From Haliotis rufescens (lineage: Eukaryota), in assembly GCF_023055435.1 (NCBI RefSeq), contig NW_025963779.1, forward strand, positions 48,794,001 through 48,858,000: a stretch of 64,000 nt of DNA, given 5' to 3'. The notes beneath the pieces are model-generated. The model saw nothing but the letters and a program-made list of their open reading frames with translations, searched no databases and was not told the origin of the DNA. This document shows, in pieces, positions 1 through 12,923 of the stretch (position 1 is the first letter of the stretch; every line of letters begins with the position of its first letter). The translations under genes and the position numbers were made by a program.

Positions 1-460
1 CTGTATTCCCTTCACAGAGTGGAATACCGACACAGGCCTATCTACCTATACGGTCGTTAAGGTCTAGCATCGCGGTAAGTAAGATGGCGACAAGGACGTT
101 CCTTCTTGGATGGCGAAATTTAAATCGCTTTAACGAAATTCGAATTAAATTACAGAAACAATCTTCCGACTTCAAAATGAACAACCAGAAGACTGGTTGA
201 TGCTGGGTGTCTTTCAAGGACAAAGCTTTACATATGTTCTTCGTGGGGTGAAACTCAGACCCTAGTGACAGCCTTGTGACCAGTAGCCGTAAACATTTTG
301 TTATGTTCTTATTTCCAGTGAAAACTTGAAACGGACGAAAGGCGATACACTTATTCACTCCACTAAAGCTCTTTAAGAAAACAACCATACACGTGTTCTG
401 GGGATTGAAGAATTATGCTTTGGTTATAGAAAATAAATATATAGTATCACATAACCAGGT

Positions 461-628
461 GGGGCGGTCGGGTAGCCTAGTGGTTAAAGCGTTCGCTCGT
501 CACGCCGAAGACCCGGGTTCGATTCCCGACATGGGTACAATGTGCGAAGCCCGTTTCCAGTGTCCCCCGCCGCCGGTGCCCCCCCCCCCCCCCTGCTGGA
601 ATATTGCTAAAACCATACTCACTCACTC
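461..628 (+). mobile_element. tRNA-derived SINE, family A
   Basis: A box TAGCCTAGTGG, B box GGTTCGATTCC, body atgggtacaatgtg..., (ACTC)n tail; multiple copies in the window. Confidence 0.85.
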
Positions 629-899
629 TCTAATTTACATTTATATGAGAGGTACAAACTATATTTTAGATTCTACAATTAGTTAATTAAATTAAGTAAC
701 GTTTAGTTTCTGGATATGGTAGCTTAACTGTTTAAATCGCTTCTGATCTGCCGATCACAGAACGTCCTTGTTTGAATGATCAGATATTTTCATAATAACA
801 TACCAGGTGTCAACATAGGTCGGCCGTATGTATAACGATCATATGTAGCGGACCTGTCGTCATTTACAAACGGTCATATAGTTAAACTAGTCTTTTTCA

Positions 900-1690
900 T
901 GCGTTAGTTCCGGATTATTGCTGGTTCCACAATTGTCCAAACAAGAACAAGTTAATTGAGAAAAGTTGTTTGTACAGAAACTGCAACTCAACTGTGTAAT
1001 GTAGCATGAGGTACCTTTTGTAATTGTCACCTCTTGACTACCTAGTACATAACGACATGACCCAACGTGCAGACTGTAAGTTAATGACGCACACATCGGG
1101 AGATATGATATTGAGAAGTATGTCAGTGCTTCACTTGATAGACATGAAAGAGGTATTCTGAGTAAATTCCGGTGTGGAACCCTGCCTTTAGAGATTGAAT
1201 CAGGGAGAAACACACAACCTGTAACACCTTCAATAAATAGACTCTGCAAGTTTTGTACCAACTGTGTTGAAGATGAAATACACTTTCTTGTAACTTGTGA
1301 TCTTTACTCAGACCTACGTTACAAATTGTTTAATTCTATTCCTAGTTTAGATCCCTCCTTCCTACAACTTAATCCAGCAGACCAGTTTAATGATATAATG
1401 AATAATGATTCACTATGTAATACGTTTTACTAACAAAAATGTATTACTAACAAAAATGCATAAGCGTCTTTGTCACATACTCTCTTGACATCACGTCACT
1501 ACTCAATTAATCCCGTTTTAATACATTGATGTATATTTTATATGTTAACTATTGATGTAACACGTATATTCGTGTCAATACATTGGCCAATGCTGGTCGG
1601 TGGATGTATTTTTAATTTATGCCATATTTGCTATGTTACTGTTTTTATGCCTCCAGTGACACGTTAATAAAACATTTTTCTTCTTCTTTC
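900..1690 (+). mobile_element. LINE 3' fragment (ORF2 C-terminus with CCHC-like motif)
   Basis: Manual translation EKYVSASLDRHERGILSKFRCGTLPLEIESGR...RLCKFCTNCVEDEIHFLVTCDLYSDLR. Confidence 0.75.
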
Positions 1691-1749
1691 TTCTATCAAC
1701 TTGTTGCTTCACACCACAACCAACCCCATTCCAGCTATGTCGCTCTCAC

Positions 1750-2620
1750 TGTCATTACGGCGAATGCTAGACTGTTTGTGAAAAAGAAAACGTACAACTT
1801 TATGGATAACATCTTCTGGTTTACTGCTTTTAGCAACGTTTTTGATATTGATTCTTACGCTGTTATCAAGCAGGCGTCGCTATATGCAGTAAACCAGACG
1901 TTGTTATACAAAAAAATCGAACGTTTTCTTTTAGACTGAGTTGCATTTGTTGCAAACAGTTAGAAGATCCAAATGTTTCATTACCGCCCAAAATCTGTTA
2001 AAACGTCTGAAATTAACTTAGCCATTGGTTGCTGTGAAGTTGAAAGTACCAATGCATACAGTATTTGGGAGTCTGATTAGATGGAAATCTGCAAAAAGGG
2101 CATCAATCTTGTAATACTTGAATGACAATTTAGTCCAGCTTGTTTTGTTTTGTCCTATGGTTATCAAGCTTGGAGTAGTGGGGATATTAGCTGTATTGAT
2201 GCTGTGCAGAACCCATCTCAGTAGTCTACATAGTAGTAGGCACTAACAACCCCAACTTTAGCTGTCCATGGTGAAATGGGCACTAACATAATATTAACCA
2301 AACATATATCATGATTAAATTGCCTTGGGATACTCTGCCACTAGAATTTAAACTTCGTAGATGTATTTGCCCCAAATTTACATTCCCAGATAAAATCTGT
2401 AAGCTTTGTAATAATAGAACAATTGACGATGAAGTACATAGTCAATCTGGCTGTAGTGTTTACTCCAATTCGAGGAGTGACTTGGTATCTCATGAATGTC
2501 GACCAAACTGTATCCTTACAGCTGAACGATAGGCTTGTAAAACCACTAGCCCCATTGTCATCCCAAATGTTTAAACGAAGAAAAGTAAATAATGCGCTAC
2601 CTAGACTGTGAAAACTCTTT
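1750..2620 (+). mobile_element. Degraded LINE ORF2 fragment
   Basis: YLGV, TPTLAVHGEMG, TLPLE...KICKLCNNRTIDDEVH...CSVY motifs in broken frames. Confidence 0.65.
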
Positions 2621-3190
2621 TAACCACTATATGCATCTTGTATTATCATGTTTTAAGTACCAGCAGATCAATATCAATGTGTAGATTACGTATATGCGTT
2701 GCTGGTTTGCCCATTGCCGTATTTGTATGAATTATTTTAATGTCATACTTGCATTATATATAGTATGAGAGACACACTCATAAAATAATTTTCATCTTCT
2801 TCCGTATCACTGAGGCTAAAGGCACCGAAGAGAATATTGAACAAAGGGATACAATGTCTTGAAAATGCTGCAGTGCTCGATTCCGATGAAATTTCATTTG
2901 ATTTGAAACCAATCTGCCGAACAGTGGTGATATTAAGAGACAAAAATGTAATCTATTCACTGAATATTTATTCATTTTATAATAAATATGCAAGAAAACA
3001 TATACAGTGTACAATACAAAACATGGTTACAAGTGTACACCCACCTGTAAGTCATGATATATGTCCGTATTGTGCAATGAAACTAAGAATAGTTTGCATG
3101 GTAATAAACGGAGCTTCCTTTCACAGTTGGACCACACTCAACAGCACTTTGGTTTTGTAGTGATGATACATCAGTACCACACCAGAATGA

Positions 3191-4282
3191 TTACATAATG
3201 TTAGTGTACTGGTTTCCCGAGGGTTGCATGGACTTAGTAGCACTGGGGAGTGACTGATGTACACTAGGGTACAAATAGTCATAGGGATTTCTAGACCTGT
3301 CAAAGCTGGAAGATGAACATTGAGGCATGTAGGTTCCAGCCAGGGACGAGCTTCCCGGGGGAGAGCTGGAGAGAGGGGAGCCGGTCAGGGAGCTGTTCAT
3401 GCTGCTGGCGTTGTAGTAGCCAGTTGTAGGAGAGTAGCCTGTAGGAGATCCCATGGTCCAGATACAGGGGTCAGGCTTGCCTGTTGTGCTGTATGGGTGT
3501 GTCTGGGTTAGTCCCGGGGGTAAGGAGCCGAGACTCAGGGGGTTGAAGCTTGTGTAAGGAGATGGACCTCCATACAACCCCAATAACTGTCCGTAGGGAC
3601 TGGCAGGATGGAATGAAGGATCTTCTCGACGTTGCTTTTGTGCCGACTTGAAACGTTTAGAACGACGGAGGAAACTGCCGTTGCCGAACATGTCCCCACA
3701 AGATGGATGCAGAGCCCACAGGTTACCCTTGCCTGGTTTCCCTGGGGGTCGGGGCACCTTGACGAAACAGTCATTGAGGGAGAGGTTGTGTCTGATGGAG
3801 TTTTGCCATCTCCGTTGGTTGTCTTCGTAGTATGGGAATCTCTTGACGATGTAGTTGTAGATGTCGTTGAGAGTCATCATGCCTGTTGTGGAACTCTCGA
3901 CGGCCATGGTGATGAGAGCCACATAGGAATAGGGAGGCTTCTTGTTGGAAAACTGCCTGCTTTGTTGGGAGAGAGTTGACGTTCCTGGGACAGTGTCTAG
4001 ACTTGGGTCCTCTTCCTCATCGTTTTCGGAGCTCAGTGAGGAAGATGGTGAAGGCAAGGTGTTGTGATCGCCGCCTGGAACTCGATGCTGTTGAAGAGAC
4101 TCCCTCATGTCTCTAGGAGAGAGTTCAGGCCTGACGTCAGCTTCACGTAAAGGTACATATGACTCGACCTGGAACTTGGACGAAGGAGGAAGCTGTGTTG
4201 CATATGGAGGTGTCATCGTCATTGCCATAGCTGGGTCGGCAACGGCATTTCCATACTGAAACGTTGCTGGATTGAACAACAT
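3191..4282 (-). CDS. foxAB: Forkhead-box transcription factor, FoxAB-like, copy 1 (363 aa, intronless)
   Basis: Complete forkhead domain [14 protein letters not shown]...[20 protein letters not shown]...[29 protein letters not shown]. It mixes FoxA-like ([18 protein letters not shown]) and FoxB-like ([11 protein letters not shown]) features; [10 protein letters not shown] fits my recollection of FoxAB. ATG at 4282, TATA-like at 4359-4365, AATAAA at 2967-2972 (minus). The Fox call is certain; the subclass is inferred. Confidence 0.9.
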   Translation of the reverse strand: MLFNPATFQYGNAVADPAMAMTMTPPYATQLPPSSKFQVESYVPLREADVRPELSPRDMRESLQQHRVPGGDHNTLPSPSSSLSSENDEEEDPSLDTVPGTSTLSQQSRQFSNKKPPYSYVALITMAVESSTTGMMTLNDIYNYIVKRFPYYEDNQRRWQNSIRHNLSLNDCFVKVPRPPGKPGKGNLWALHPSCGDMFGNGSFLRRSKRFKSAQKQRREDPSFHPASPYGQLLGLYGGPSPYTSFNPLSLGSLPPGLTQTHPYSTTGKPDPCIWTMGSPTGYSPTTGYYNASSMNSSLTGSPLSSSPPGSSSLAGTYMPQCSSSSFDRSRNPYDYLYPSVHQSLPSATKSMQPSGNQYTNIM

Positions 4283-4358
4283 TTTGTTATCTCAGAAAAC
4301 CCAGTGTGTTATAACTGAGTAACAGTGAGACTGTATGCCTTCACATTTGTCGGCGGAG

Positions 4359-4557
4359 TATATATCCCTGTACTAATCCCCCAAGAAAACATCTTACAAT
4401 TCCAATTTGCTCCCCGAGAGAGAATCTATTGTTATATTGTAAATTGGACTGTACTACTCTCGGTGAATTACAGGAGGTGTGGCCAGTGTATAATGCGCCC
4501 GGATGCTATTGGCTACTGGTAAACATAAGTCCCGCCTACCTACTTACAGACCAATCA
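4359..4557 (-). promoter_or_regulatory. Putative promoter of Fox copy 1
   Basis: TATATA about 77 bp upstream of the ATG, TAATCC at 4374-4379, ctattggct CCAAT box about 4506, GC box cccgcc about 4530. The CCAAT and GC-box block is shared with copy 2. Confidence 0.55.
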
Positions 4558-7500
4558 TTTGTTCCACATTGATAGGAACCTCTAGCCTGCATAATGAACA
4601 TGTATGATACTGTGAAAAATGTCTACCTACTTCTCTTCACCATAGTTAAATTAATGTTCCACAAAAAACCATAAGCCGAATAAAATATATATGGCGATGA
4701 ATGTGTTTCTACATTAGATGAATAACACAAAGGAATTTTGGCCACAAGGCAACACTTGTAATTACATAAGTACACATTTTGATAAAGGCTTTCCTACCCC
4801 TCTTTTCACTGAGGCAGCTCAACCTATATCCATAGGGTTCCAGTAGCCCTCGGGGGATCAAGTACATGTCAAGTTCTAAAGCTTAAATCAACACTGATGT
4901 CATAACCCTGTAGAACAAATTACATTTTACCAAATATATGTCTAGATGATAAAAGTAAAGGTAAAGGCCAAATGAACAAGACGTATTCTACGTATCAAAA
5001 TACGTTAAATTGTTTGTCTTGATTCACGGCAAGTATCTCGAGCTGGGTATCATAATTCCAATGTTCTTGTAAATTAGATGCTGTAAATGGATACACTACA
5101 GCCCGCTATGAGAGGAGGGATACATGCACTACATTTATGATCAAAGGATCGGCATATCTTTGTGTCGAACTATAATGAGTGATGGTGACCTGTATGTACA
5201 TTTTGAAACCAGCGACACCTGGTGACATATTTAGTGGGATAGGCTGGGCATATGTATGTGTTGTAAGTGAATGGTCCCAAGTGACATAACCACCACATGT
5301 CGGATACGTCACGGGCCATGGAGGCGGTAATCGAATCGGGGAGACGTAGGGATTCGTTAAAAGGTTGTTTCTACACTTATTGACATCACAACAATTCAGT
5401 ATCGATCATCACTGAAATAACACCCAATCTGTGTCAGCAGCTGAGTGGTATCAAGATCTTGTACAAGTACACCTCCTACATACATACCCCTTTGTCTGAA
5501 CAATGTACGAGAATGAATGATTAAAAACAAATTAACAGGCCAATATATTGATATAGTTGTTGCTCAAGTTTTCATTTGTTACAAGGTATTTTCCATTTGT
5601 TGTTGTCAGTGGAATGATGATAATAATTTAAATTATCGCAATAGAATCTATTCGTCTTCTAATATTCAAGCTATGACTTTGTATGCACGAAGGGGATATT
5701 TTAGGCTAAACATGGACATTGCAAAAATACTCAAATGCTCAGAGAATAGTGATGTGGCATGTTGGTGAAGGATGACGCAAGTAATCGTATCGGGGAGCCT
5801 TAATGACTCAGTTAATGTGTTGTCTCTACACTTACTGACGTCACAATAAACACGCAGCATCACACTTCTCGGGTTGTCAGCATCGATCATTACAGAAACA
5901 ACGCATAATCTGTGTCAGCAGTTCTCTTAATTAAATTTAGATCCCTTCATTGGACAAATGATGTTGTACAAACTGTGAAATTGTCCCTACGTTATAGTGT
6001 ATACTGTTTGTCGGAATATTTCAACTCTGTAAATAGTGAGCTAGATTAACACTTCTTTATTTAGAGGTCTATATTATTCAAAACATTTGTATGGTCATAT
6101 TAATGTTGTACACCCAGGAGGAAGGGATAGCATTACAGGTAGTAATGCAACATCATTGCAGTTTTAGTTGAACAACAGATATTTCCTCCTTATATCGATT
6201 GCTTCTATTACAGCACATGTGTGTATTATTGCACACCTGAAAGTGTTACAGAGATTGGCTTCTCGGAAAGTGGAATACCAGTTGATGAAATCATCTGGTA
6301 AAGGTGACAAACTCCATGTGATTGTCACCCAATGCTGTTCATTACATGGGGTTTAGCAATTATGTTAGAGGTGTTCGTGAACATGTTAGAAAAACACCAC
6401 ATGCTTTGATGAAGCCGCCCAGGTAACAAGATTTAAAGGAAACTGGATTAAGATTCGAAGGCCCAGCCACATGTAGAAAATCTATTGTTTTATCAAATAC
6501 CGATTATGACTGTTGTTCATAGCAAGTACAATATTGATGCAGTTATTGTTTTCTTACGCTTCCTAATTCACCGTCAGTAGCACGGCCGCCCTTTATCAAC
6601 TGGCTATTGACTACCGTATTTCCAAAATGGATTACTGTAAAACTGCATTTCTCCCTTTCTATCGCCCCGATACTGAAATCAGAGTAAGTACGGTGGCGAC
6701 AGCGGCAGGGGACAATGCAGACGCCAGACGCCAGAATCCAATATCACAGAAGACCGAAATATAAATCTTGTTTTTTTTCTTATGTGTGACATCAACATTA
6801 TTTACGGCCTCTTTAAGGATGTTGAAAAAAGTGTACAAGCTTTAACAATATTAAACCACATTTTAATAATGATCACTCCCAGAATAGAATCCGACAACGG
6901 AAAAGTCCATTTTACGAACAGGTGGATTAAGTTTGTTTTTTCCCGAATATTCTCACAATCCTCACGTCGATTGTCTACACCTTTTCTCCTCATACCAATT
7001 GTCATATCTCTCCCGCTTTAGTATGCGATCGTCCGGCCACTGCGTTTGTCTCGCAGCCCAGCTACATCTATGGGGAACAACTTACTAGACATTTCCCTCT
7101 AAAAAATAACGTCGTCCAATATATGACGTCATCAAATTGCGAGCACATATTCAAATCTCCAGAAATGGAATAATGATCGAACAATGTTTTATCGTGAAAA
7201 ATACCACTCTTCGTTCTTCATTGCCCTTTGCAATTAATCGCGTAGCTATCACATTTATCCAAGGAAAATGTTTCTTGAAGTTAAATATACCATGATTGGA
7301 AATGTTTGATTTATGTTACACTAATCACTGCAGAACAGTGTACGTCGTTTGTTGGTGAGGGGGAAGGATCTGGTATATTTCGTGAAGCAGAAACAAACCA
7401 GAAGTACCCTTTAGTACAGCAGGATTAATGATAAAGCAGGCGTCACCCCAACACAGCATTGAGCGTTATCATATTCCATACACTGAACAACACACTCACA

Positions 7501-8605
7501 CTGAAGTATCATAGTGTTGCATGGTCAAAGAACACTACAATGACATCTACTCAACACAAGCCGGGCAAACAAACTACATCACAGAGTGTTTGTAAGACAC
7601 TGAAGAAACTTCATTTAGGTAGATACACATCTCACCTTCCATGATTTCACAGACGCTACACTATTGCTGGGAAATCCCAGATAGTAATGCCTTACAGACG
7701 GCAGTTTCCAGATTGTGAATCTCATTGTGCTTGACGTGCTGTCAAGCTGTAAATATCCATGTCATGTTCTTGAAATTGGTAGAATTAAGACAATATGCCG
7801 CTACAGCCATTTTCCAATTTGAAATCTATCAAAATTGACTGAAGTCCTTTTCCTGTTAGAATTTCTTTTTTTAAATATTGAAAATTCTATTTTAAATGTC
7901 TGTATATATCTGTAGACAACTTACATGTGATTTTATGTGAATGCATTATGTAATTGTTACTGTTATTGAATTTGCACTTGATAACATTGAACACAAAGTA
8001 CTGACACAAGCAGATGAATGGCCGGTCACATTTTTTGGACGAAACATTTGAAGAATTGCAAGACGAATGTTACACAGTTTCGCCGGAGCTAGAATCATGT
8101 AAGCCGGTCAAGCACAAGTAATAGTCTGTGACCAGTCACTGTAAGCCCATTGTCGTGGGCTAAAGTCTAGTATAAATATTGAATCAGCGAGCGGTATTCA
8201 CGTAACAATCGCCAGGTGTCGCTTCTGCAGATTGTTTCCTTGATGCCAGATCATGATGTAGGTTCGTCGAGTTACTACACAGCTGTAGGAATCTGTGTAT
8301 CTCGTAGATGTAGCTACTACCAATACCAATAATGACGAATACGTTTCATTGACAGACGGGCATGTCTAACCAACCTACCCGACAAGACCTTACTTAACAG
8401 GGATTAAAAACGATTGAGTGATCGCACAGTAAAACGAACACTGGAATTCACATATGAAAAAAAAGAGAAATGTTAAAAAGATTTTTATTAATACATATAT
8501 ATATATATATTCATATGTAAATAGAAAAAAGTACATTTTATTTAACAGTGGAATTTCTGTTCATAAACGGGATAAACATTCAATGACACTAGGTGTGTAT
8601 ATGTG

Positions 8606-8776
8606 AGTGAGTGAGTGAGTGAGTTTGATTTTACGCCGCTTTTAGCAATATTCCAGCAATATCACGGCGGGGGACACCAGAAATGGGCTTCACACATTGT
8701 ACCCATGTCGGGAATCGAACCCGGGTCTTCGGCGTGACGAGCGAACGCTTTAACCACTAGGCTACCCGACCGCCCC
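8606..8776 (-). mobile_element. SINE family A, full length with TSD
   Basis: Near-identical to 461-628; 13-bp TSD gtgtgtatatgtg at 8593-8605 and 8777-8789. Confidence 0.9.
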
Positions 8777-8994
8777 GTGTGTATATGTGGTTGTATACAG
8801 TGTCTCAATTCACTTGTCACAATAGTCAATACGCGTAGGTTCAATATCAACTGATAGTTAACTCTAAAAATAAAAACAATATTTCCCTATGCTGTGGAAT
8901 AGAGCTAGCTAGAGCTGCCTAGACTTGCTTTTGTATGCGTTTCTAGATTTATTTATTTTTCATAGAATAAATATATTCCACGGTCATGGTGCAG

Positions 8995-9712
8995 GACTAG
9001 AGGAGATTGGACTGTAGGAGATCCCAAAGTCCAGATACTGGGCTCAGGTTTACATGTTGTACTTTAGGGGTGTGTCTGGGTCAGTCCCTGGGGTAGGGAG
9101 CTGTGCTGTAGGGGTGTGTCTGGGTCAGTCCCTGGGGTAAGGAGCTGTGCTGTAGGGGTGTGTCTGGGTCAGTCCCTGGGGTAAGGAGCTGTGTTGTAGG
9201 GGTGCGTCTGGGTCAGTCCCTGGGGTAAGGAGCTGTGCTGTAGGGGTGTGTCTGGGTCAGTCCCTGGGGTGAGGAGCTGTGCTGTAGGGGTGTGATTGGG
9301 TCAGTCCCTGGGGTAAGGAGTTGTGCTGTAGGGATGTGTCTGGGTCAGTCCCTGGGGTAAGGAGCTGTTCTGTAGGGGGGGGGGGGGGGGGGGTCTGGGT
9401 CAGTCCCTGGGGTGAGGAGCTGTGCTGTAGGGGTGTGTCTTGGTCAGTCCTTGGGGTAAGGAGCTGTGCAGTAGGGGTGTGTCTGGGTCAGTCCCTGGGG
9501 TAAGGAGCTGTGCTGTAGGGGTGTGTCTGGGTCAGTCCCTGGGGTAAGGAGCTGAGACTCAGGGGGTTGAAACTTGTGTAAGGAGATGGACCACTATACA
9601 ACCCGCATAACTGTCCGTAGGGACTGGCAGGATGGAATGAAGGATCTTCTCGACGTTGTTTTTGTGCCGACGGAGGAAACTGCCGTTACCGAACAATTCC
9701 CCGCAAGATGGA
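8995..9712 (-). pseudogene. Truncated FoxAB-like pseudogene (end of forkhead domain plus C-terminal region), closest to copy 1
   Basis: 9553-9712 aligns to copy 1 about 3530-3710 and shares the copy-1-specific ggactggcaggatggaatgaaggatcttctcgacg. It has a 19-bp deletion between cgac microhomologies, lacks most of the forkhead domain, and is interrupted by a 44-bp tandem array. Confidence 0.9.
9065..9552. repeat. 44-bp minisatellite, about 11 copies, derived from Fox coding sequence
   Basis: Unit gctgtgctgtaggggtgtgtctgggtcagtccctggggtaagga is the reverse complement of the [13 protein letters not shown]-coding segment. One unit carries a poly-G run. Confidence 0.95.
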
Positions 9713-10770
9713 CTTGTTCAATTACTAACACTCTAGTAATACAGTGTGCGATTTATTTATGACATTAATAAATAAAGAATTTAATTCTGAATAAATTGTG
9801 CTGTAAACATACATTCCTGATTTGTGAAAAAAACATATAAATATAAATCGGTTGCGTATAAAAATTCTCAATTCCGAAAACACTATAAAATCGTTTGATA
9901 TTTTCTGGAGCAATGTATTTTCTGTAAGGTGAAAATGTTCTACAAATTCACGTGACTAAGTCATATATGTAAGACAAACTGTACTTATGACCATACGGCC
10001 TGAAATACTGAATATCATAATTGTGTCTAATACATATTTATACCCACATGAAGTTTACTATCGTATGTCATCTAATTAAACATGATCGGCGATCGAATGG
10101 TTAATGTCACTGGCCACCGTCTTCATACGCATTTGTACATACAGGACACCATCTTGCTGTATCAAAGAGTTGAAATCTTAACGTCAGTTTGTTTCGTTTA
10201 ATATTTACACATCAAATTGAGAAGACTTGTTTCCACTTGATTACCTTCCCGAAATGAACAAAGTCACCACGTGATGATCCATATCAGACACAGCACGTTA
10301 GAGTCTATTATTTATCTATTGCCAAGTCCTTGTTTCTTGTCGGCTCAAGCATCAAAGTGAAGGTGTCTTGTTCCTCAGCATATACAGACACCCTCCCGTG
10401 ATACTCCGGTAAAGCAACAAGCAGCTTAGTGTAATCCGACCACACTACATGAAAACCAAAACCAAAATAGTGATAATCTGTTGTTTACTTTAAGTGACGA
10501 GGATCTTAAGTCACCTTTGGTGTAGGACCAACTCAATAGTTTATATGTCTTTAAATAATATACATTTTCGAAATAGTTTAAGTTCAATACTTTTTAAGAT
10601 GTTTAAAAGACGGCAAACAATGTCACAACATATTTGTTGTTATAAGTTACTACATGTGTGTTAATGCGTTCTATATGACTTGTGTATATACGTCAATTAT
10701 TGACTGGATTCACTGTGCGTCATATGTATAATCTACGTATAATGTACATGTAATGTACAAGTGCATGTGA

Positions 10771-10772
<2 letters not shown>

Positions 10773-10821
<49 letters not shown>

Positions 10822-10938
10822 ATAGGATCTGTGCACACAGGAGCGTATACCTGATCTTTGTAAAATGACAACATTGAGGGATCTGTGCACACAGGAGCGT
10901 ATACCTGATCTTTGTAAAATGACAACATTGAGGGATCT
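10773..10938. repeat. (TAC)n microsatellite followed by a 54-bp perfect tandem duplication
   Basis: (act/tac)n at 10773-10821; ggatctgtgcacacaggagcgtatacctgatctttgtaaaatgacaacattgag occurs twice. Confidence 0.9.
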
Positions 10939-11471
10939 TTGCACGCGACCAAGTATTCTAATACTATTTCAAAGTAAATCTAGATTAAAATTACACCTTA
11001 ACTGGAAAATAGCAACTTTGTTGAAATTTCTTCCATGACTAAATCAACTAAGTGTGAAGTATATCAGTTTCTGTGGCTGTGTTCTGATCGTTTGGTTCTG
11101 GCTTGATGCAGCGTCTAATGTCAATGTGCATGGTACATGGCCTGTGTGTGAAACGGACATAGCCATAAAACAGACATGGTTTCAGTGAAGGTGTCAGGAG
11201 GTAGCCACGAGAATGTAGTGTTGAGAGCTTGGGTTTACATGCGTTTACATACACGCTGGATGTTTATAGCCAAACACCATCGCTGATTCCATACCCTCGC
11301 AATTACATTCAACGCGTGAAAAGAAACTTCATTTGCTGCAATCTAGGTTATGACGTCGCTCGATGGAGATCAACTTATTATTGGGTACACTGACCAGCAC
11401 GTCAGAGAAAAAAGACATCTTCCATGACATGTTAAAGATATGGCAAAATAAACTCCAATGCCTTGTGGATA

Positions 11472-12920
11472 TATACTGAACCAAATTAAACACTTCACAA
11501 TCCTAAAATTTTAACAATTTGACCAGTCATGGCCACGTATTGTCTTCAGATAACACCCGTTTTTGTGCAGGTGAATCGATCAAAATCATGTGCACAGCAC
11601 TATAGTGGCAAAAGTGTTTTTTCACGTGCAACTGGTCACGTGGCCATAATACCGCACGTGTTTTCAGCCATACTTGTTAGCAGTCATTAACAAGAAAAGA
11701 AAAACACAAGAAAACAAAAGTCTTTACGGCCATTTGTCATGCCACGCCTTTCAAATGTGCAACGTGAACGTGCCATCGGCATGTTGCAGACGGGAACGTC
11801 CGTAGCTGAAGTCGCAAGGACGATGGGTTGTAGTCGACGGACTGTTTATGATTTACAGACGCCTCTACAGCAAACGGGTACCACCGCTGATCGCCCTCAG
11901 CCAGGTCGACCACGTGTGACATCACATGCAGAGGATCGTCAGATTGTCTTACGTCACCTCCGTAACCGATTCTTGACGGCTACATCAACCAGAAATGAAC
12001 TGTTTAGGGGTAGACTTTGTGCGCAAACTGTTCGAAACCGTCTGAGAACGGCTCACCTTCAAGCACGATGGCCATACTGCGGGCCGATTCTGACTCAATT
12101 ACACAGACGTCAACGTCAATTGTGGGCACAGCGACACTTACGATGAACTCAGAGGAATTGGAATCAAGTCGTCTTCAGTGATGAATCCCGATTTAATCTT
12201 CGATTTGCGGATGGTAGGGCGAGGGTGTGGAGGCGCCGTCATGAACGTTACGCCCAGTGTTGTGTACAGGAAGTTGACAGATTTCGAGGCGGAAGTGTCA
12301 TGGTGTGGGGTGCTTTCTGTGGCAATGCACGTTCCAGGCTTCTTGTCATCCGTGGCAACCTCAACGCTGCTGCTTACCGCGACCAGTTACTGGCACCAAA
12401 ACTTCTGCCTTTTATGGCAGCACATGGACCCGGTTTGATCTTCCAACACGACAATGCCAGACCCCACACAGCAATTTTGACAAGGAATTTCCTTCAGAAT
12501 GAGTCAACGTCATGGACTGGCCGTCAAGGTCTCCCGACCTCAATCCCATCGAACACGTCTGGGATGCCCTTGGCAGAAGTCTGCGCACTCTCCAGAACCA
12601 ACCATTTTGCAGCAACAATGGCGTCGTCTTCCCAATCATGTGTTCACAAGCATCACAAGGTCCATGCGGAGGCGTTGTGTGGCAGTTGTCAACGCACATG
12701 GTGGCCATACATGCTACTGAACTTGTGTGCCATCAGATTCTCGTGTTTGGGACTTATGGTTTAAACTGTTGATGTTATTACCGAATACCGTAGGTGCTTG
12801 GAACAAATTATGGTTACCACCGTTAATTAAAATCCTTCTTTGGACATTAATGATTAAAAATTACCTTCTCTGATACATGTGTCCGTTGTATATAATATAT
12901 GGGATTACTTTTAAAAATGT
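11472..12920 (+). mobile_element. Tc1/mariner DNA transposon with disrupted DDE transposase (11739 to about 12720)
   Basis: MPRLS..RERAIGML, DRPQPGRPRVT, VVFSDESRF, FQHDNARPH, WPSRSPDLNPIEH. Premature TGA at 12144-12146 and a frameshift near 12500. The left end tatactgaac is shared with the 40096 element; no right TIR was found. Confidence 0.9.
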
Positions 12921-12923
12921 AAT

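Noticed and set aside
461-535. tRNA-Asp(GTC)-like gene (also at about 8700, 39701 and 60410)
   Set aside because: It is the head of a SINE: no proper acceptor stem, and it continues into a shared body and (ACTC)n tail, with TSDs in several copies.
3632-3979. Antisense ORFs recurring opposite each forkhead domain
   Set aside because: They are shadows of the near-identical Fox coding sequence with inconsistent starts, not independent conservation.
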